Positions 39,362 to 53,139 of a DNA stretch of 64,000 nucleotides are shown here, piece by piece. The position numbers and the translations under genes are program-made. The stretch is from the NCBI GenBank assembly GCA_951406725.2, contig OX597826.1:18910001-18974000 (forward strand), in the 5' to 3' direction. The notes beneath the pieces were generated by a model. That model was not told where the DNA came from. It was given only the letters and a program-made list of their open reading frames with translations, and searched no databases. Origin of the DNA: Octopus vulgaris (taxonomy: Eukaryota). Position 1 is the first letter of the stretch, and each line of letters begins with the position of its first letter.

Positions 39362-39784
39362 TCTTTACTCTTTTACTTGTTTCAGTCAGTGGACTGCGGC
39401 CATGCTGGAGCACCGCCTTTAGTCGAGCAACTCGACCTCGGGACTTATTCTTTGTAAGCCCAGTACTTATTCTATCGGTCTCTCTTGCTGAACCGCTAAG
39501 TGACGGGGACATAAACACACCCTCATCGCCTCATCGGTTGTCAAGCAATGCTAGGGGAACAAACACAGACACACAAACATACACGCACACACACACACAC
39601 ATATATATATATACATATATACGACGGGCTTCTTTCAGTTTCCGTCTACCAAATCCGCTCACAAGGCTTTGTTCAGCCAGAGGCTATAGTAGAAGACACT
39701 TGCCCAAGGTGCAACGCAGTGGGACTGAACCCGGAACCATGTGGTTGGTAAGCAAGCTACTTACCACACAGCCACTCCTGCGCC
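39362..39784 (-). mobile_element. CORE-type SINE, full length
   Basis: Reverse complement of the 12648-13047 family. Confidence 0.9.
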
Positions 39785-40352
39785 TGTGTGTAGGTTTTAT
39801 ATTTTGTATCATTCGTTTATAAAATAAACATCGATTGACAATTTTACCACTTTTTACCATTTTTTTTTTCATTTTATTCTGCCATATTTACTTGATTTCT
39901 TTTTCCCCTAAAATACAAAAATTGAAGAATGAAGATGGAAATTTTCCTATCAATTAGAATTGTCAGTTTAAGGAAATTTGTTTGCTTCGAAAATGATAAA
40001 TTCCAAGTTTTAAAGATAACCATTCTCGGAGAAGAAATTCCCTGTTGCGAGGCGCATATTTATGGTTAAGGTTTTCCTGACAGTCACAATGAATGATAAA
40101 AACAAAGTACTTTTTTTACTTATATTTTTCTCTCTTTCAATTTGGAAGCTTCAATTTAGAAGGAATATGCTTATTCTAATGGAAGAGAAAGATTTCAAAG
40201 CAATTTGCGTTGTCAGGACAAAAGGAAGAAAATGCATTCAACGCATTTACTAGTAGACCGTAACAATATCAATTGCAGCGTGGAAGGTGTTTATAAGCCA
40301 TTTAAGAAACACACAAAAGCCGTTCGATTCACTTCAACATTTAAGTTTAATA

Positions 40353-41327
40353 TCTTTATATATATAAAACTGAGAATGTGTGTCTGTCTGTGTGTTTCCC
40401 TAAAACTTGAGAACTACACAACCAATTTCATTCAAATTTTACACATGCCTTACTTAGGGTCCATGTAGTTTATGTGCAAAAGAAATGTTCAACTTCTTGC
40501 CTAGAGCGAGCCCATAGCAATATCATATCTTCTCCACTATTTCAGTATTACGTATTAACAGTGAAACAAAACGTTTCTCTATTTTATGTCAGATGCTTTC
40601 ACTTTAACAATGAAAATAATAATAACAATTGAATTACATGTAGTAAGTAATAATTAAAATCAAACTAAAGTAACATAACGAAAGTAAAAATAGCAATTGG
40701 TATAAAATTGCATCAATGATTTGAATTTGAATAAGTGGTTTCACATAAATGGGAATAAATTAAAAATAAAATTAGCGTGCAGAAATGGAATAGTCCAGAT
40801 GGATAATAAAAAATTAAATTAAAGAAAAGACTATTGTCTATAAAGTATACAACGTAGAGAAAAAAGAAGATTTGAACACCTTCGAAAAAGTGTTTTGGTG
40901 CGACTATGAAAGGTATCTAATCAGAGGCGGTAAATTCGCCACAATAGAAGCAAGGTTCGAGTCAACGGAGCGTGCAAGGGAGTACTCGACTCGAACTTGC
41001 AAAGTAGAAATATTTTAATTTTACCTTACGTCCTTTACGTAGGACGTCCCGGAAAAAAATTAAAAAGGACCCCTTCCCCCAGAAGTAGAGGTAGGATGGA
41101 TTGTACCCACACTTCAATACAAGAGGGAGGACAAGATACAATTGATCGAAATTACAAGAGACGGGCTAACAATTCCAGTCTGTTATATATTTTGAGTATT
41201 GTTATCACTAGCGATATCAAGATATAACTTTGTATTTTGTATTTTATGTGTAGATGTACATGTAATATGTACACATATATACATGCACTAGCACTATGAC
41301 CCAGCAACGACGGGTCTTTAATGCTAG
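40353..41327 (+). mobile_element. Non-autonomous Helitron
   Basis: A|TC start. 3' hairpin GACCC-agcaacgac-GGGTC, then CTAG|T. No TSD. Confidence 0.85.
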
Positions 41328-42139
41328 TATTTATATAAAATTTCAGTGGAATTAAATATGACCCAACTACGATGAATCTCAATTAAATAGTTTTGATCTG
41401 TCGATCAAAAATAGATTGCAATTGTTTTCCTATTGTTTCACCGTAATGAAGAATCCAGCCAAGAACTCTCCAGCACATTTTCCACTACACAGTTCTGCAT
41501 CACTGTCCTTCCATATATTGTTTCTTTTCTATATATTTTCATATAAAAATAAACCTTTCTACAAACTATAGGAGTTTATAAGGCTTCAGTTCTGGCCACG
41601 TTTAGCAGAAAAAAGAAAAATCCCTTCAGCCTAGAATAATTTCTACAGATCAGTTTATCTAGAAAATAAGACCGTTCTCTCTACCACACCCCAATATACC
41701 TCCGTTTTTACTCACTTGGCTCTTGTACTCCAGCGATTAGACATGTGGTGTAAAGTAGGACTGAGTTTCCGGTAAGCATTGGGTTCAACTTTGCTTAATT
41801 TGCATCACCGAATGCCACTTGAAAAAAAGAATAAATATGAACGCCACATTTAATTATTATTAGGAGTTTATAAGCACTAATATATCCCAATCCTTGGTTG
41901 TTACACATAATTAAAGATACATTGTTTTTATATTTATTTTTTATTTTTATTATTACTATTAATTGCACTTCCACCAATTGATGAGTAGATAGAAGAGTAA
42001 ATAGCCAACCAAGAGATCGGTAGTTAGTATCCTGTTGGTGCTCATGGCCTTCAACACTTAAAATGCCTTGACCGCGAAGCCCCAAAATAGTATGAGTCAC
42101 CATTGTAAACAACCGCACCAACACTAATATTGCTTTTAT

Positions 42140-42330
42140 ATTCTGGCACAAGGCCAGGAATTTCTGGAGGAGGTCGGTGAGTCGATTATATCAACCGGTA
42201 CTTATCTTATCGACCCCGAAAGGATGAAAGGCGAAATCAACAATGGATGAATTTGAACTCAGAACATAAAGACAAACGAAATGCTGCTAAGCATTTTGCC
42301 CGGCGTGCTAACGGTTCTACCAGCTCGCCG
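42140..42330 (-). mobile_element. Nin-type SINE
   Basis: Similar to 34975-35200. Confidence 0.85.
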
Positions 42331-42710
42331 TCTTCGCAACAGCACTAATATTGGTAAATGTTCTTTTAGTTATCAATACTGAATCTTAGACTAAGATAAT
42401 ATGACGTATGGCCACTAACAATTGGACCCTATCGGTGTGTTTCGTATAGGTAGGTTTCTCTGAGAGGAGAGAAGTGTTATAAGCATCAGAAAAAAGGGCG
42501 GACAAATTGCGACATTTAACAAAATTAAGTTAGTTTAAACTTTCTAAACCTATCTAACACCAAAGTGAAGAAAGAAAAGGTATATGGATGTAAACTATGC
42601 TCTGTCTTCTCATTAATGTAGATTGTGAAGGAAAATCTCACAAATATTTGGAAAAGGGGCGGGTATTTGTCAGTTTGAAAACCGCCACTGTAATATGTAG
42701 TCCTGAATAA

Positions 42711-42925
42711 GGCGGCAAGCTGGCAGAATCGTTAGCACGCCGGACAAAATGCTTAGCAGTATTTCGACCGTCTTTACCTTCTGAGTTCAAATTCCACCGC
42801 GGTCGACTTTACTTTTTATCCTTCCTGGGTTGATAAAAATAAGTACAAGTTGAACACTGGGGTCAATGTAATCGACTTACCCCTACACCCAAAATTGCTG
42901 GTCTTGTATCAAAATCTGAAACCAA
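42711..42925 (+). mobile_element. Nin-type SINE
   Basis: ggcggcaagctggcagaatcgttagcacgccggac...gagttcaaattcc. Confidence 0.85.
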
Positions 42926-44144
42926 TATCTAGTCCCGAATAACACAACTAAAATACTAAAAGTCACGACAAATGTGACAACATCACAACCTCTGATTGTC
43001 TCTTTTGTATCTCCACTTGCTTTCATCATTAACTTTGTGGAGAGAAAAATTCTATAACAAGTAGTTCGGAATGGACTTAAAAAAGAAACTATTTCATGTA
43101 TATAGGGAGAGCTTACGAAAAAAACAAAAGACGAAGACAGGTGGTGTACAAAACAAACAGATGTATTAGTATAACGCGCAGGAATAGAAAAAGTCTTTTA
43201 CGTTTCTACAGAAAGGGACATAAACAAGCTGATTACTAATACACGAGCTAGCTTGAGGTATACTGAAACGATTCAGTATTCTGAGTGGATATAGTGAGAA
43301 ATGAAACCATGAAATAAACTTGTAAAATTGTAAAATGTAAAACCGAATTGGAAACGTTTGTAAGTAAGAAAAATATCAAGAGTAAAAACTGATAAGAAGC
43401 CACGTGTCTCTCCTTTTTTGTGTGTGTGTGGATAGGTATAGTAACCACTAAACTTGAAAATTCTTGAAAATTCAGTAAATATAACACCATATCGAAGATT
43501 GGGATATTGTTTTGATCTTAAAATCTTATCATCCACAAATCAATCACTTTCGGGATTCATTTTCATATAACCATGTTACTTGCATCCGTACTTAGGCTAA
43601 ACAGGAATCAGAAACATGTTAATCTTTTATATTAAGTTGAAATTAGATTGTTAACTGCTTCTCTTTTGGTGAGTAACGCATAAATAAAACAATAAAGTAT
43701 GTTTTTGTTGTTATTTAGCCCCGAGTCCACCTTGATTGAGTAGAATTATGATCAAAGCCATCCTAACCTTGAATATCGCATTATTTTAGGTGTACTTGAT
43801 TTAGGACTACAATACCCAAATGGGCCCCTTTGCTACGGTGGAGGAGTGTGTAATTTGAAAGAAATTTGGTTAATATTTCTAGCAGATCTCGCCAGCATAA
43901 CAGAACCCATTATTTCCCAATTTGTATCCTTAGATGGTTTGAACTCAGTTCTCCATATTAATGCGATACTCATCAGTTATACAAAGTTATGACTCCTTGC
44001 GATTAGGTATTAGTCACGGACAGCGTACAGAGTCCGTGACTGAATATTCTTAGACACTTGAGCATCCACGTCCTCCATTATAATTCCATTTACATATAAA
44101 GATGCACTACGGAAACGTAAATCGACTCCAGCATTTGACTGGTA

Positions 44145-44499
44145 TCTTTTATCTTTTACATGCTGAGGCAGCACCTTGAAGAATTTTAGTTGAATGAATC
44201 GATCTCACTATTAATTTTTTTAAAGTATTGGTACTTATTCTAACGGTCTCTTTTGCCGAGCTTCTAGATTATGGGGACGTAAACACACCAAGACCGGTTG
44301 TCAAGCGGTAAGTGGGGAACAAATACAGACACACACATATACAACAGGCTTCTTTCAGCTTCTGTCTAATAAATCCACTTACAAGGCTTTGGCCGGCCCG
44401 AGGCTATAGAAGACACATGCTCAAGGTGCTATGCAGCGGGATTGAAAACGAAACCATGTGGTTGAGAAGCAAACTTCTTATCACAGTCAACCCTGCGCC
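44145..44499 (-). mobile_element. CORE-type SINE, diverged
   Basis: Reverse-complement similarity to the family. Confidence 0.75.
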
Positions 44500-45419
44500 T
44501 CAGGATTGACTGTGATAATTTTCGGTCTCAGAACGATGAAAAAGCACGGCGGCATTTCATAACCAAGAATCGCTAAGTACTTTAAGTGAGATGCTATAAA
44601 AAAAATTGTTGGAGATACTGCAATCAGAAATATCTGTCCGTGGCTGGTGAGTTTTATCGAATTATATGGAGAATACGGAATATGTAGTTGTGACAGTCAT
44701 GCATGTTCCAGCATTTCATTGTCATCATTAACACCATCGTTAGAAGCATGGCCACCACCACATCCTGTTGAGTCTTGCATGTGAGGAGCATTTAATTGAA
44801 CGCTAATCCGGTTTCAACCCTCCTGCTTCAACGACTTTCAATTAAGTCGTTAATGATATTCTGTTAATAAATATCACCCCACCAGGCTAAAATCACTTAT
44901 CTTATGCCTATTTAGGGAACAACCTTTTAACTGAACAGCTTTTCTATGCCATGAATATATGGCCGTGGCTCAACCGCTCCACACACACACAGACTGATTA
45001 TATTGAAATATTTTGAAAGTGAATAAAGGAGAGGAACGAGGAGTACTTTCAGATAAAACCAACGCTCAAGAACTAATGAAACAATATTATACACCATAAC
45101 AATTGCCATGGTGACATCGGTGTGTTTGGAGACTATAGGAGGTGAAGGCTTTGAAATGACCTGTAGTAATATTTTGGTTCTTGTTTTTGGTATCAGCAAT
45201 GGTGGTGGTGGTGAGATGGTGGTGGTAGGGGGAGTGTGATAAAGTCGGTAGTGTTATTATCGTATAGATGGTTTTAATGATGATATTCGTGGGTATCATC
45301 ATATACAAACACTTATCAATGTACATAAACCTATTCACACACGTATAACACTATATACACTAGTAAAAGTACATACAAGTACATTACACATTTTCCTACA
45401 TACATACATACATACATCT

Positions 45420-45610
45420 GAATATATATATGAGCATGAGAATATATACATAAAACAAAACATACAGATCTGCACGTATACATACATACAAAAACATCAT
45501 ATTGATATTGTTAAAATTCCAGTGAAGGAGCCTTAGATCTAGGTTAGAAACCGGCTCTTTCTCTATTGGCAAGAAATCTTGAAATAAAACTTATGAATGA
45601 CATACATACA
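45420..45610 (+). mobile_element. R4/Dong-like 3' UTR in (CATA)n
   Basis: Matches 13690-13880. Confidence 0.65.
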
Positions 45611-46546
45611 TAGATACATACATACCACGTATCCAACACACATTCCTCAACACAGTTTATACACACAGCATAGAAAATGAGCGACGGTGCGGTTGTGTGT
45701 TTAAGAGATTCACCTGATTCGCTTTCCGACCACATGCTTTCATGTTCGATCGGCACTTGGAGCAAGAGACTTCCACCATAGTTTCGAGTAGACAAAAGCT
45801 TTGTGAACGAAATCTGATTGACGGAAACTTGTGCAGACAATCGCTTTATTCAAGGCACAAACGAGGGAGACTCTATGTGGTTGCACAACCATCTAGAAAT
45901 AGCAACCAAATCTTTTCTCAAGTCATTGTCTTCCGTCATAAGCAATATTAGATAATGCTGTCCTACAAACCTCTATAAACGATGAGATAACTACGACTGG
46001 AATAGCTTTGATCATGAATCTATAAGCTCAGAGTTGACCTGGGGCTGAACAGCAACAAAAATTAGTTGACTCCCAAACAAAATACACATACACACACACA
46101 CACATGCATAAGTAGGTAAGAATTAGACCCAAGTAGAAGCAAAATGAAAAGCGACCACATTGGCCAATTGTTTGTATAACAGGAGTATTCGAGAAAGTTC
46201 GAAGTGATGAACTATTAATAGGCACGTTTCCGTTATGAAGACACAACCATTTGAATAACAGCTTCAACGCATCATTCTTTACCATCTTGACCTAGATATG
46301 ACAGACCAATGAAATAACCCAGTTCGGACAGGTCGCGAGAGAAGAAACTTTTTCATCTTACTTCAATGAAGGAAAGAAAAAGTAGATTGTTTGAATCGAT
46401 AGGTAACATGAGGAAGCAGGAAATTATATTACACATACACACAACTCACAACGTATTTATGTATGTGTGCGTGTGTATGAATATATGCATGTTTTATATA
46501 TGTGAACAAATATATATATGTATGTATTTACATAAATACATGCAAG

Positions 46547-46580
<34 letters not shown>

Positions 46581-46739
46581 GCGGGCGTATGATATTTGAC
46601 GACAGATTTATGTTTGTAAGAAAACATAGTAATAGGCTAATAACTTTATCAAAAAATGCTATGAGGATAATAAAAATAAACGTCCTTTTCTCTGTTATTC
46701 AATAAAGCCACTTTCAGCTTCAACAATTGTTTCTATATG

Positions 46740-47809
46740 AGATCTAAATCATCTACATGCTCGAATCAAATGGTCCTGGATCATTTGGGACATTACTCTG
46801 ACTACGGCAGCTTTCAAAGAATCTTTGGTGTTATGGGCGTGTTCATTGACCTCTCTCTCAACAACACTCCACATCTAATAGTCCAATGAATTGACATCTG
46901 GAGAATTAGGAGGCCAAATGTTAGGGGTTATGAGATCATGAAAATTTTCAGCCATCCATTCCTGTGTTATTAGAGCCATGAGTGATAGTGCAGTCTGACA
47001 CACATATAGCCTTTCATTGCATACACTGTCTATCCAGGGCTTAACAATTATTTCCAGGACCTCAATGTAGGCAGTAGAATTAACTCTAAGGCCTTGTGGA
47101 AAGAAGCAAGGAGGCATCACATGTCCTTCATTGCTGACAATCCCTAAAACCTTGACAGTTGCAGGAAATTTTGTATGGAACTTCAGAATGGTCTGCACGT
47201 AACCATCTCTCATTTCTTCTGTTGACTCTTTGAACTTGGTCGAAGTTTTTTTCGTTTGAGGAAAAACAAATCAAATCTTCTGCTGGATTTTTCAGTTTGT
47301 TTAAGAGCCTTTTAGACCTGCTGTAGTGATTTTCTTTTGCTTTTCCTGACAAATTGACTTTTCCTCATCATATAAGACTTATATCTGATGCCTTCGTGGA
47401 CAACATTTCTAACTTCTTCTTCTGACACCTGGAGATCTTTTGCAATTGATCTCATGGATTTCTGGGATTGTAATCAATGGTCTGCTGATTGCTGGATAAA
47501 TTCAGCTGTTTTGATGATTTCAGAGTGCTTAGAATGCTTTTTATGCTTTCATACTGGTGATACGTTTCCATCTTCTGTCTCTAGTTCCTTACAAACTTTG
47601 CAGACGAAAGATCTGGCAATTTTTAAAAATTGAGACTTTTCTAAATCGCTATGCTCAGCCTTTATAATCACAATAACAGCATGCTTCTTCATTTCTAGAA
47701 TAAGCTGAGGGTCTGCCATTATCATTTTCTGACACAAAGATTATACAGAGTTAGCAAAAAATGCAGCAGTGACCCCAAAAAGTTGTCCTCAAATACCTTA
47801 TGCATCCTG
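46740..47809 (-). mobile_element. Tc1/mariner-superfamily transposon (maT/DD37D-like), degenerate
   Basis: Translates KFPATVKVLGIVSNEGHVMPP.FF..GLRVN..AYIEVL...WPPNSPDVNSLDY. 5' end TA-CAGGATGC at ~47809. Confidence 0.85.
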
Positions 47810-48639
47810 TATATGCACTATAAGAAGTAAATCGTATAAAGGTATTAAATTCTTGGTTTAATGAAACTGTATCCACTACGAGGTACGGTAAGCAAGTGCC
47901 TGGTAGCAATTGCCATCGGCTTCGAATGAAAAGGGAGAAAAAAATTACAAAATCTTTTCCAGATTTGTGTGTAAGTCTGTACGTGTATAGCACTGTATTC
48001 TGTTTTGTATCGATGTAATGAAGGATGTGCCTCATTAATGCGTTCGCTTGTGCAGGTCTGTCCAGACACTCTCCAGTTCCTCTCTCTCACACACACTTAT
48101 ACTATTACTATCATAGCTTCTTGTCTTCTAAAGGAGCAAGCTACTTCCGACCAAGCAACTCATCACTCCTCTACGAGTCAACCCTACTTTACCACCATCC
48201 TCCACATCAACCACTTTATTATTTCCTCTCTATCTAAAACTTGCGACCTCTACACTGCTGTCCGCGTCTGTCTTTTTTCTTGTAACTCAGGACATTAATC
48301 GCATGAACCACGCCAGTCTCGATGCGTCTTCAAAGAACATGAGCACTGTCCTCAACTTCAATTATGTAAGAATAAGTGCCCACCACCACTGTCTTAATTT
48401 TCAACATGCATAAACCACAAGTATTTAGGCTCTGAATAATTCGACATAATGATTTAGTGTGTCAAGAACAAGAGTCAGTCCATAGTTTCATGAACGGGGG
48501 ATTGGCAAGTATCACTATTTGGGGAATTGTGTGGGCTGTGCTCTGTGGAAGTCATCTTTAGATAATATTGTCTCTGTTAAAGACTCATGAATATTTCCAA
48601 GTTGCCTCTGCAGTCCTAGCTAAGAATTCTCTGGAGAAT

Positions 48640-49345
48640 TGGGGTCGATGTAATCGACTTATCCCTGCCCCTAAAAGTGCTGACCTTGTGTCAAAATTTG
48701 GAACCATTATTATTATTATTAAGAAGGTGTCAAGCTGGCAGAATCGCTATCACACCGTTCTGAGTTCAAATTCCGCCGAAGCCGACTTTACTTTTCATCT
48801 TTTCGGGGTCGATATAATAGAGTAGTCCCATATCACCAAATTTTAGGCCTGTGCCTTTAGTAGATAAGATTACTATTATTATTATTAAGTTGGCAAACTG
48901 GAAGAATCGGTACTGGGGTCGATGCAATTGACTAGCCCCTCCCACTAAATTCCAGGCCTTGTTCCTAAAGCAGGAAGGATTATTAAGACGGTGGGATAGC
49001 AGAATGGTTGGTGCATCAGACAATGCTTAACAGCATTTCTTTCGCATTTACGTTCTGAGTTCAAATCTCGCCGAAGCTGGTCAGTGTAATCGACTTACCT
49101 ATTCTTAAAATTCCTAGAATTATGCAAAAATTTGAAACCGTTAAAGTAATGATCTGAGTTTTTTTGTGCGACGGACAAAATGTTTAGCTGTGTTTTCCGG
49201 CTCTTTGCGTTCAAATCCCTCCATGGTCAACTTTGTTTTTCACCCTATCGAGGTCAATAAAATAAAGCACCAGCCAAGTACTGGGGTCGATGTAATCGAC
49301 TAACCTTCCCCTAAAATTGCTGGCCTTGTGCCAAAATTTGAAATA
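48640..49345 (+). mobile_element. Tandem cluster of Nin-type SINE fragments
   Basis: Repeated ggggtcgatgtaatcgact and ctgagttcaaa motifs, 4-5 partial copies. Confidence 0.75.
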
Positions 49346-49494
49346 AATGTGTGTGTTTGTGTATATATATAGATGTATATGTATAGCTGTATACGTATAC
49401 ATGTATGTGTAGATGTATATATATATATATCGATAGATGTACATGTAATATGTACACATATATACACCTATACACACAAACCCACATACATATA

Positions 49495-49770
49495 GGTGCA
49501 GGTGTGGTAACAAACTTGGTTCCAAAACACATGGTCCTGAGTTCAGTCCTACTATAGGGTAACTTGGCATGTGTCTTCTGCTATAGCCTCAGACCAACCA
49601 AGGCCTTGTCAGTGGAATTTGTAGACAGAAACTGAAAGAAATCAATTGTATGTAAGTCTATGTGTGTGTCTTTGTGTCTCTCCCTCATCACAACTGGTGT
49701 TCGCTTATTTACATCCCCATAACTTACTGGTTTCACAAGAAGAAACCGATAGAATAAGTACCAGGCTTAT
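49495..49770 (+). mobile_element. CORE-type SINE, diverged
   Basis: Family similarity. Confidence 0.75.
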
Positions 49771-49844
49771 CAAAATAGAAAAGCCACTAGGCAGTGTCTC
49801 ATATTTTTGGTTTGCCCACTCAGTTGTATCTATCAATTTATCTT

Positions 49845-50370
49845 GAGAAGACCCGGCAAGCTCAAGTGAGACCATAACCTTGTGGCCTATGCCAGGGGTT
49901 TAACCAGCCCAATTATGCATACCTTTCCTTCGTTGGACACTAAACCAGGTGAGGCAAGTGAAATCGAAATCGAAATCGAAACCAAATTCGATGACTGGCA
50001 TCCGTGCTAGTGGAGCGCTAAGAGTACCATACGAGCGTGATCGTTACCTGCGTCGCTTTACTGGCACCTGTGCTGGTGACACGTGAAAAAACATTCGAGC
50101 GAAGTCGTTGCCAGTGTCGCTGGACTGGCTCTTGTGCAGGTGGCACATAATAAGCACCATTTGATCGTAGCTGCTGCCAGTACCGCCCTCGTGCTGATGG
50201 CACATAAAATCACCCACTACACTTTCGGAGTGGTTGGCGTTAGGAAGAGCATCCAGCTGTAGAAACTCTGCCAGATCAGACTGGAGTCGGTGCAGCCATC
50301 TGGTTCGCCAGACCTCAGTCAAATCGTCCAACCCATGCTGGCATGGAAAGCGGACGTTAAACGATGATGA
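49845..50370 (+). mobile_element. RTE-type LINE 3' UTR
   Basis: Homologous to 50735-51140. Ends ggacgttaaacgatgatga. Confidence 0.75.
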
Positions 50371-50529
50371 TATATATATATATATATATATACAAATACA
50401 TATATAAATATATATATGTATTTATATATACAAATACATATATGTATATAAAGATATATCTATATTCATATATATATAAATACATATATCTATATTCAAT
50501 CTATAAATATATATATATTTATGAAGCAT

Positions 50530-51142
50530 CAGAAGTGGTGTGCATTGGTATGGGCATGCGTTGCAAAAGGATGAGGACAGTTGTGTGAAAACCTGTCACA
50601 CACTACTATTACAGGGAACCTGTGGAAGAGGCAGACCCAAGAAAACCTGGGATGAGGTGGTGAAGCACCACCTTTGAATATTGGGCGTCACTGAGGCAAT
50701 AGTAACCGAAACATTTGGAGTCAGGCTGTGCTTGAGAAGGACCGGCAAGCCAACTAATACCATGACCATGGCCTATGCCAATGCAGCATAACCAGCCAAC
50801 TTAAGAGTACCCTTCAATCATTGGGCGATAATTTTCACTTTCGAAGACCTGTTAAGGCAATTGAAACCGCTGTTGTGGCCGATGACAGTACTGCCTGATT
50901 GGCACCCAAGCCAGCAGCACGTTAAAAGCACCATTTGAGCATGGTAGATGCCAGTACCGCCTGAGTGGCCCTCATGCCGGTGGCATGTAAAAAGCACCCA
51001 CTACACTCTCAAAGGTTGGCGTTAGGCAGGGCATCCAAGTGTCGAAACCCTGCCAGATCAGATAGGAGCCTGGTGTATCCTTCTCGCATGCCAGCCCTCA
51101 GTTAAACCATCCCAGCCTGGAAAGTGGATGTTAAACGACGAT
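50530..51142 (+). mobile_element. RTE-type LINE 3' end (ORF C-terminus + UTR)
   Basis: Translates WYGHAL...GTCGRGRPKKTWDEVVK. Confidence 0.8.
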
Positions 51143-51199
51143 ATGTCGTCGTGTATATATATATATATATATATATATACGCACATATATATATATGTG

Positions 51200-51407
51200 C
51201 GTGTGTGTGTTTGTCCCCCTAGCTTTGCTTGACAACCGATGCTGGTGTGTTTATGTCCCCGTTACTTAGCGGCTCGGCAAAAAGAGACCGATAGAATAAG
51301 TACTGGGCTTACAAAAGAATAAGTCCCGGGGTCGAGTTGCTCGATTAAAGGCGGTGCTCCAGCATGGCCGCAGTCAAATGACTGAAACAAGTAAAAGAGT
51401 AAAGAGT
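51200..51407 (+). mobile_element. CORE-type SINE 3' half
   Basis: Near identical to 12840-13040. Confidence 0.85.
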
Positions 51408-51524
51408 ATATATATATATATAGGAACAAGTGTATTAGTTTGACGCACAGCAAATCTATGCACTTTGACAGAAAGGAATAAGAGAAAACTCTTAGAGAAG
51501 GAATGAAAAAAACCTGTGCACATA

Positions 51525-52330
51525 CATGGTGCGATGGATAAATTGTCACCGTTTTATATTTTTCTTTTTCGTGCATTGTTTATTTTTTTAATTTTGTCCA
51601 TTATATAGTATAGTAGGGTTAGTTGGGCACCGCCTGTGAAGAAAAATAGCACCATGATGCAATCCACTCTGCCAGAAATTTGGAAACGACATGCTGTTAT
51701 TGCTTGGCATCTATGCTGGAAGCTCCAATACAAACATTTCAGAGTGTTTGGGTGTCAGTCTGAGGAGATGCACCGAGAATGATAAAAATCAAACAACCAG
51801 TCAACACCATGGTGCTTGGAGTGATCACTAGTGATGGCAACATTATGCCTCCATTCATCTTCCCACACAGCCTCAGAGTCAACACAGAGGCTCACATCAA
51901 ATGCCTGGAGAAGGTAATGCTGCCCTCGATCAAGAGGGTGGATACTGGAAGTCCCTACATCTGGCAACAGGACTCTGCACCATGCCACACAAGTTGAAGA
52001 ACCCAGTCATGGCTGCCAGATATTTGTGCGATCACATCACTCCTAACTTCCCAGACTCAACCCACTTGAATATTAGGCACAGGATACAGTTGAGCAAGAG
52101 ACCAACAAAACTCCTTGTAACACCTAAGATGAACTGGTTTTTTGGCAGCATTCACCAACTTAGTCATCTGGAGGCCGTGGTTGAAGCCAATGGTGATTTT
52201 ATCGAATAGATTTACTCTTTAGTATTTCAAGATATTTTAAAGTAGTTTTGGTAAAAATATGTTAAAATGAGAGGCTAGTGTTATTTTCACTTTTGCATAA
52301 TTCAGATGACAATTTATTCACTGCACCATA
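51525..52330 (+). mobile_element. maT/DD37D-like transposon, internally deleted
   Basis: TIRs CATGGTGCGATGGATAAATTGTCA / TGACAATTTATTCACTGCACCATA. Translates MVLGVITSDGNIMPPFIF...WQQDSAPCH. Confidence 0.85.
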
Positions 52331-52574
52331 TATATGTATGTATATACACACACACGTGTGTTCCCTTCACTTCATGACAACTGAGGTTGGTTTGTTTACG
52401 ACCCTTAACACAATGCTTCACCAAGAGACTGACAGAATAAGCACCAGGCTTTAAAAAACCAAATCGATCTGCTGGACTATACTCTTCTACAAGCTTGTAT
52501 TAGCAGGCCCGGATTGAACTCAGATCCTTTTGATGATGAAGTGAATTTGTCAATGTCATGCATCATTGAATCTT

Positions 52575-52910
52575 TTCTTTTACCCGTTCCAGTCGCTATT
52601 AGACTGCGGCCATGCTGGAGCACCACCTCGAAAAATCTTTAAACCAAATGAATTGACCTGAATACTTCTTAAAAGACTGGTCCTTATTCTGTCAGTTTCT
52701 TTTGCCAAACCGTCAAGTTACGGTACAGAGATGTAAATACAGACAGACACGACGGGCTTCTTTCAGTTTCCATCTACCAAATCCACTCACATGGCTTTGG
52801 TCAGCCCAAGAGTGTAATAGAAGACACTTGCCCAAAGTTCCGAGCAGCAGGACTGAATCTGAAACGATGTGGTTGAGAAGCAAACTTGTTCACCACACAA
52901 CCACGCCTGC
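52575..52910 (-). mobile_element. CORE-type SINE, diverged
   Basis: Family similarity. Confidence 0.75.
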
Positions 52911-53139
52911 ATCTCTATTGTAGAATACTTTTCACACAAATACAGAAAAGCGAGAGAGGGAGAGAAAGATGCATGGTAACATCACAATTGCTGTAACAAG
53001 TAAGAAAGTACACACTCAACACTGACTTACATAGAACACAACTATTTCTCACACAAAACCTAAGCAAATACTATACAAACATGTATTTAAAAATTTTTTT
53101 TCAAAAATATTTCAGAGAAATCAAAAACATTAACACTTC

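Noticed and set aside
45515-45570. Stem-loop with GAAACCGG in the R4/Dong-like 3' UTR
   Set aside because: It lacks a valid hammerhead core and is better explained as a LINE 3' recognition hairpin.
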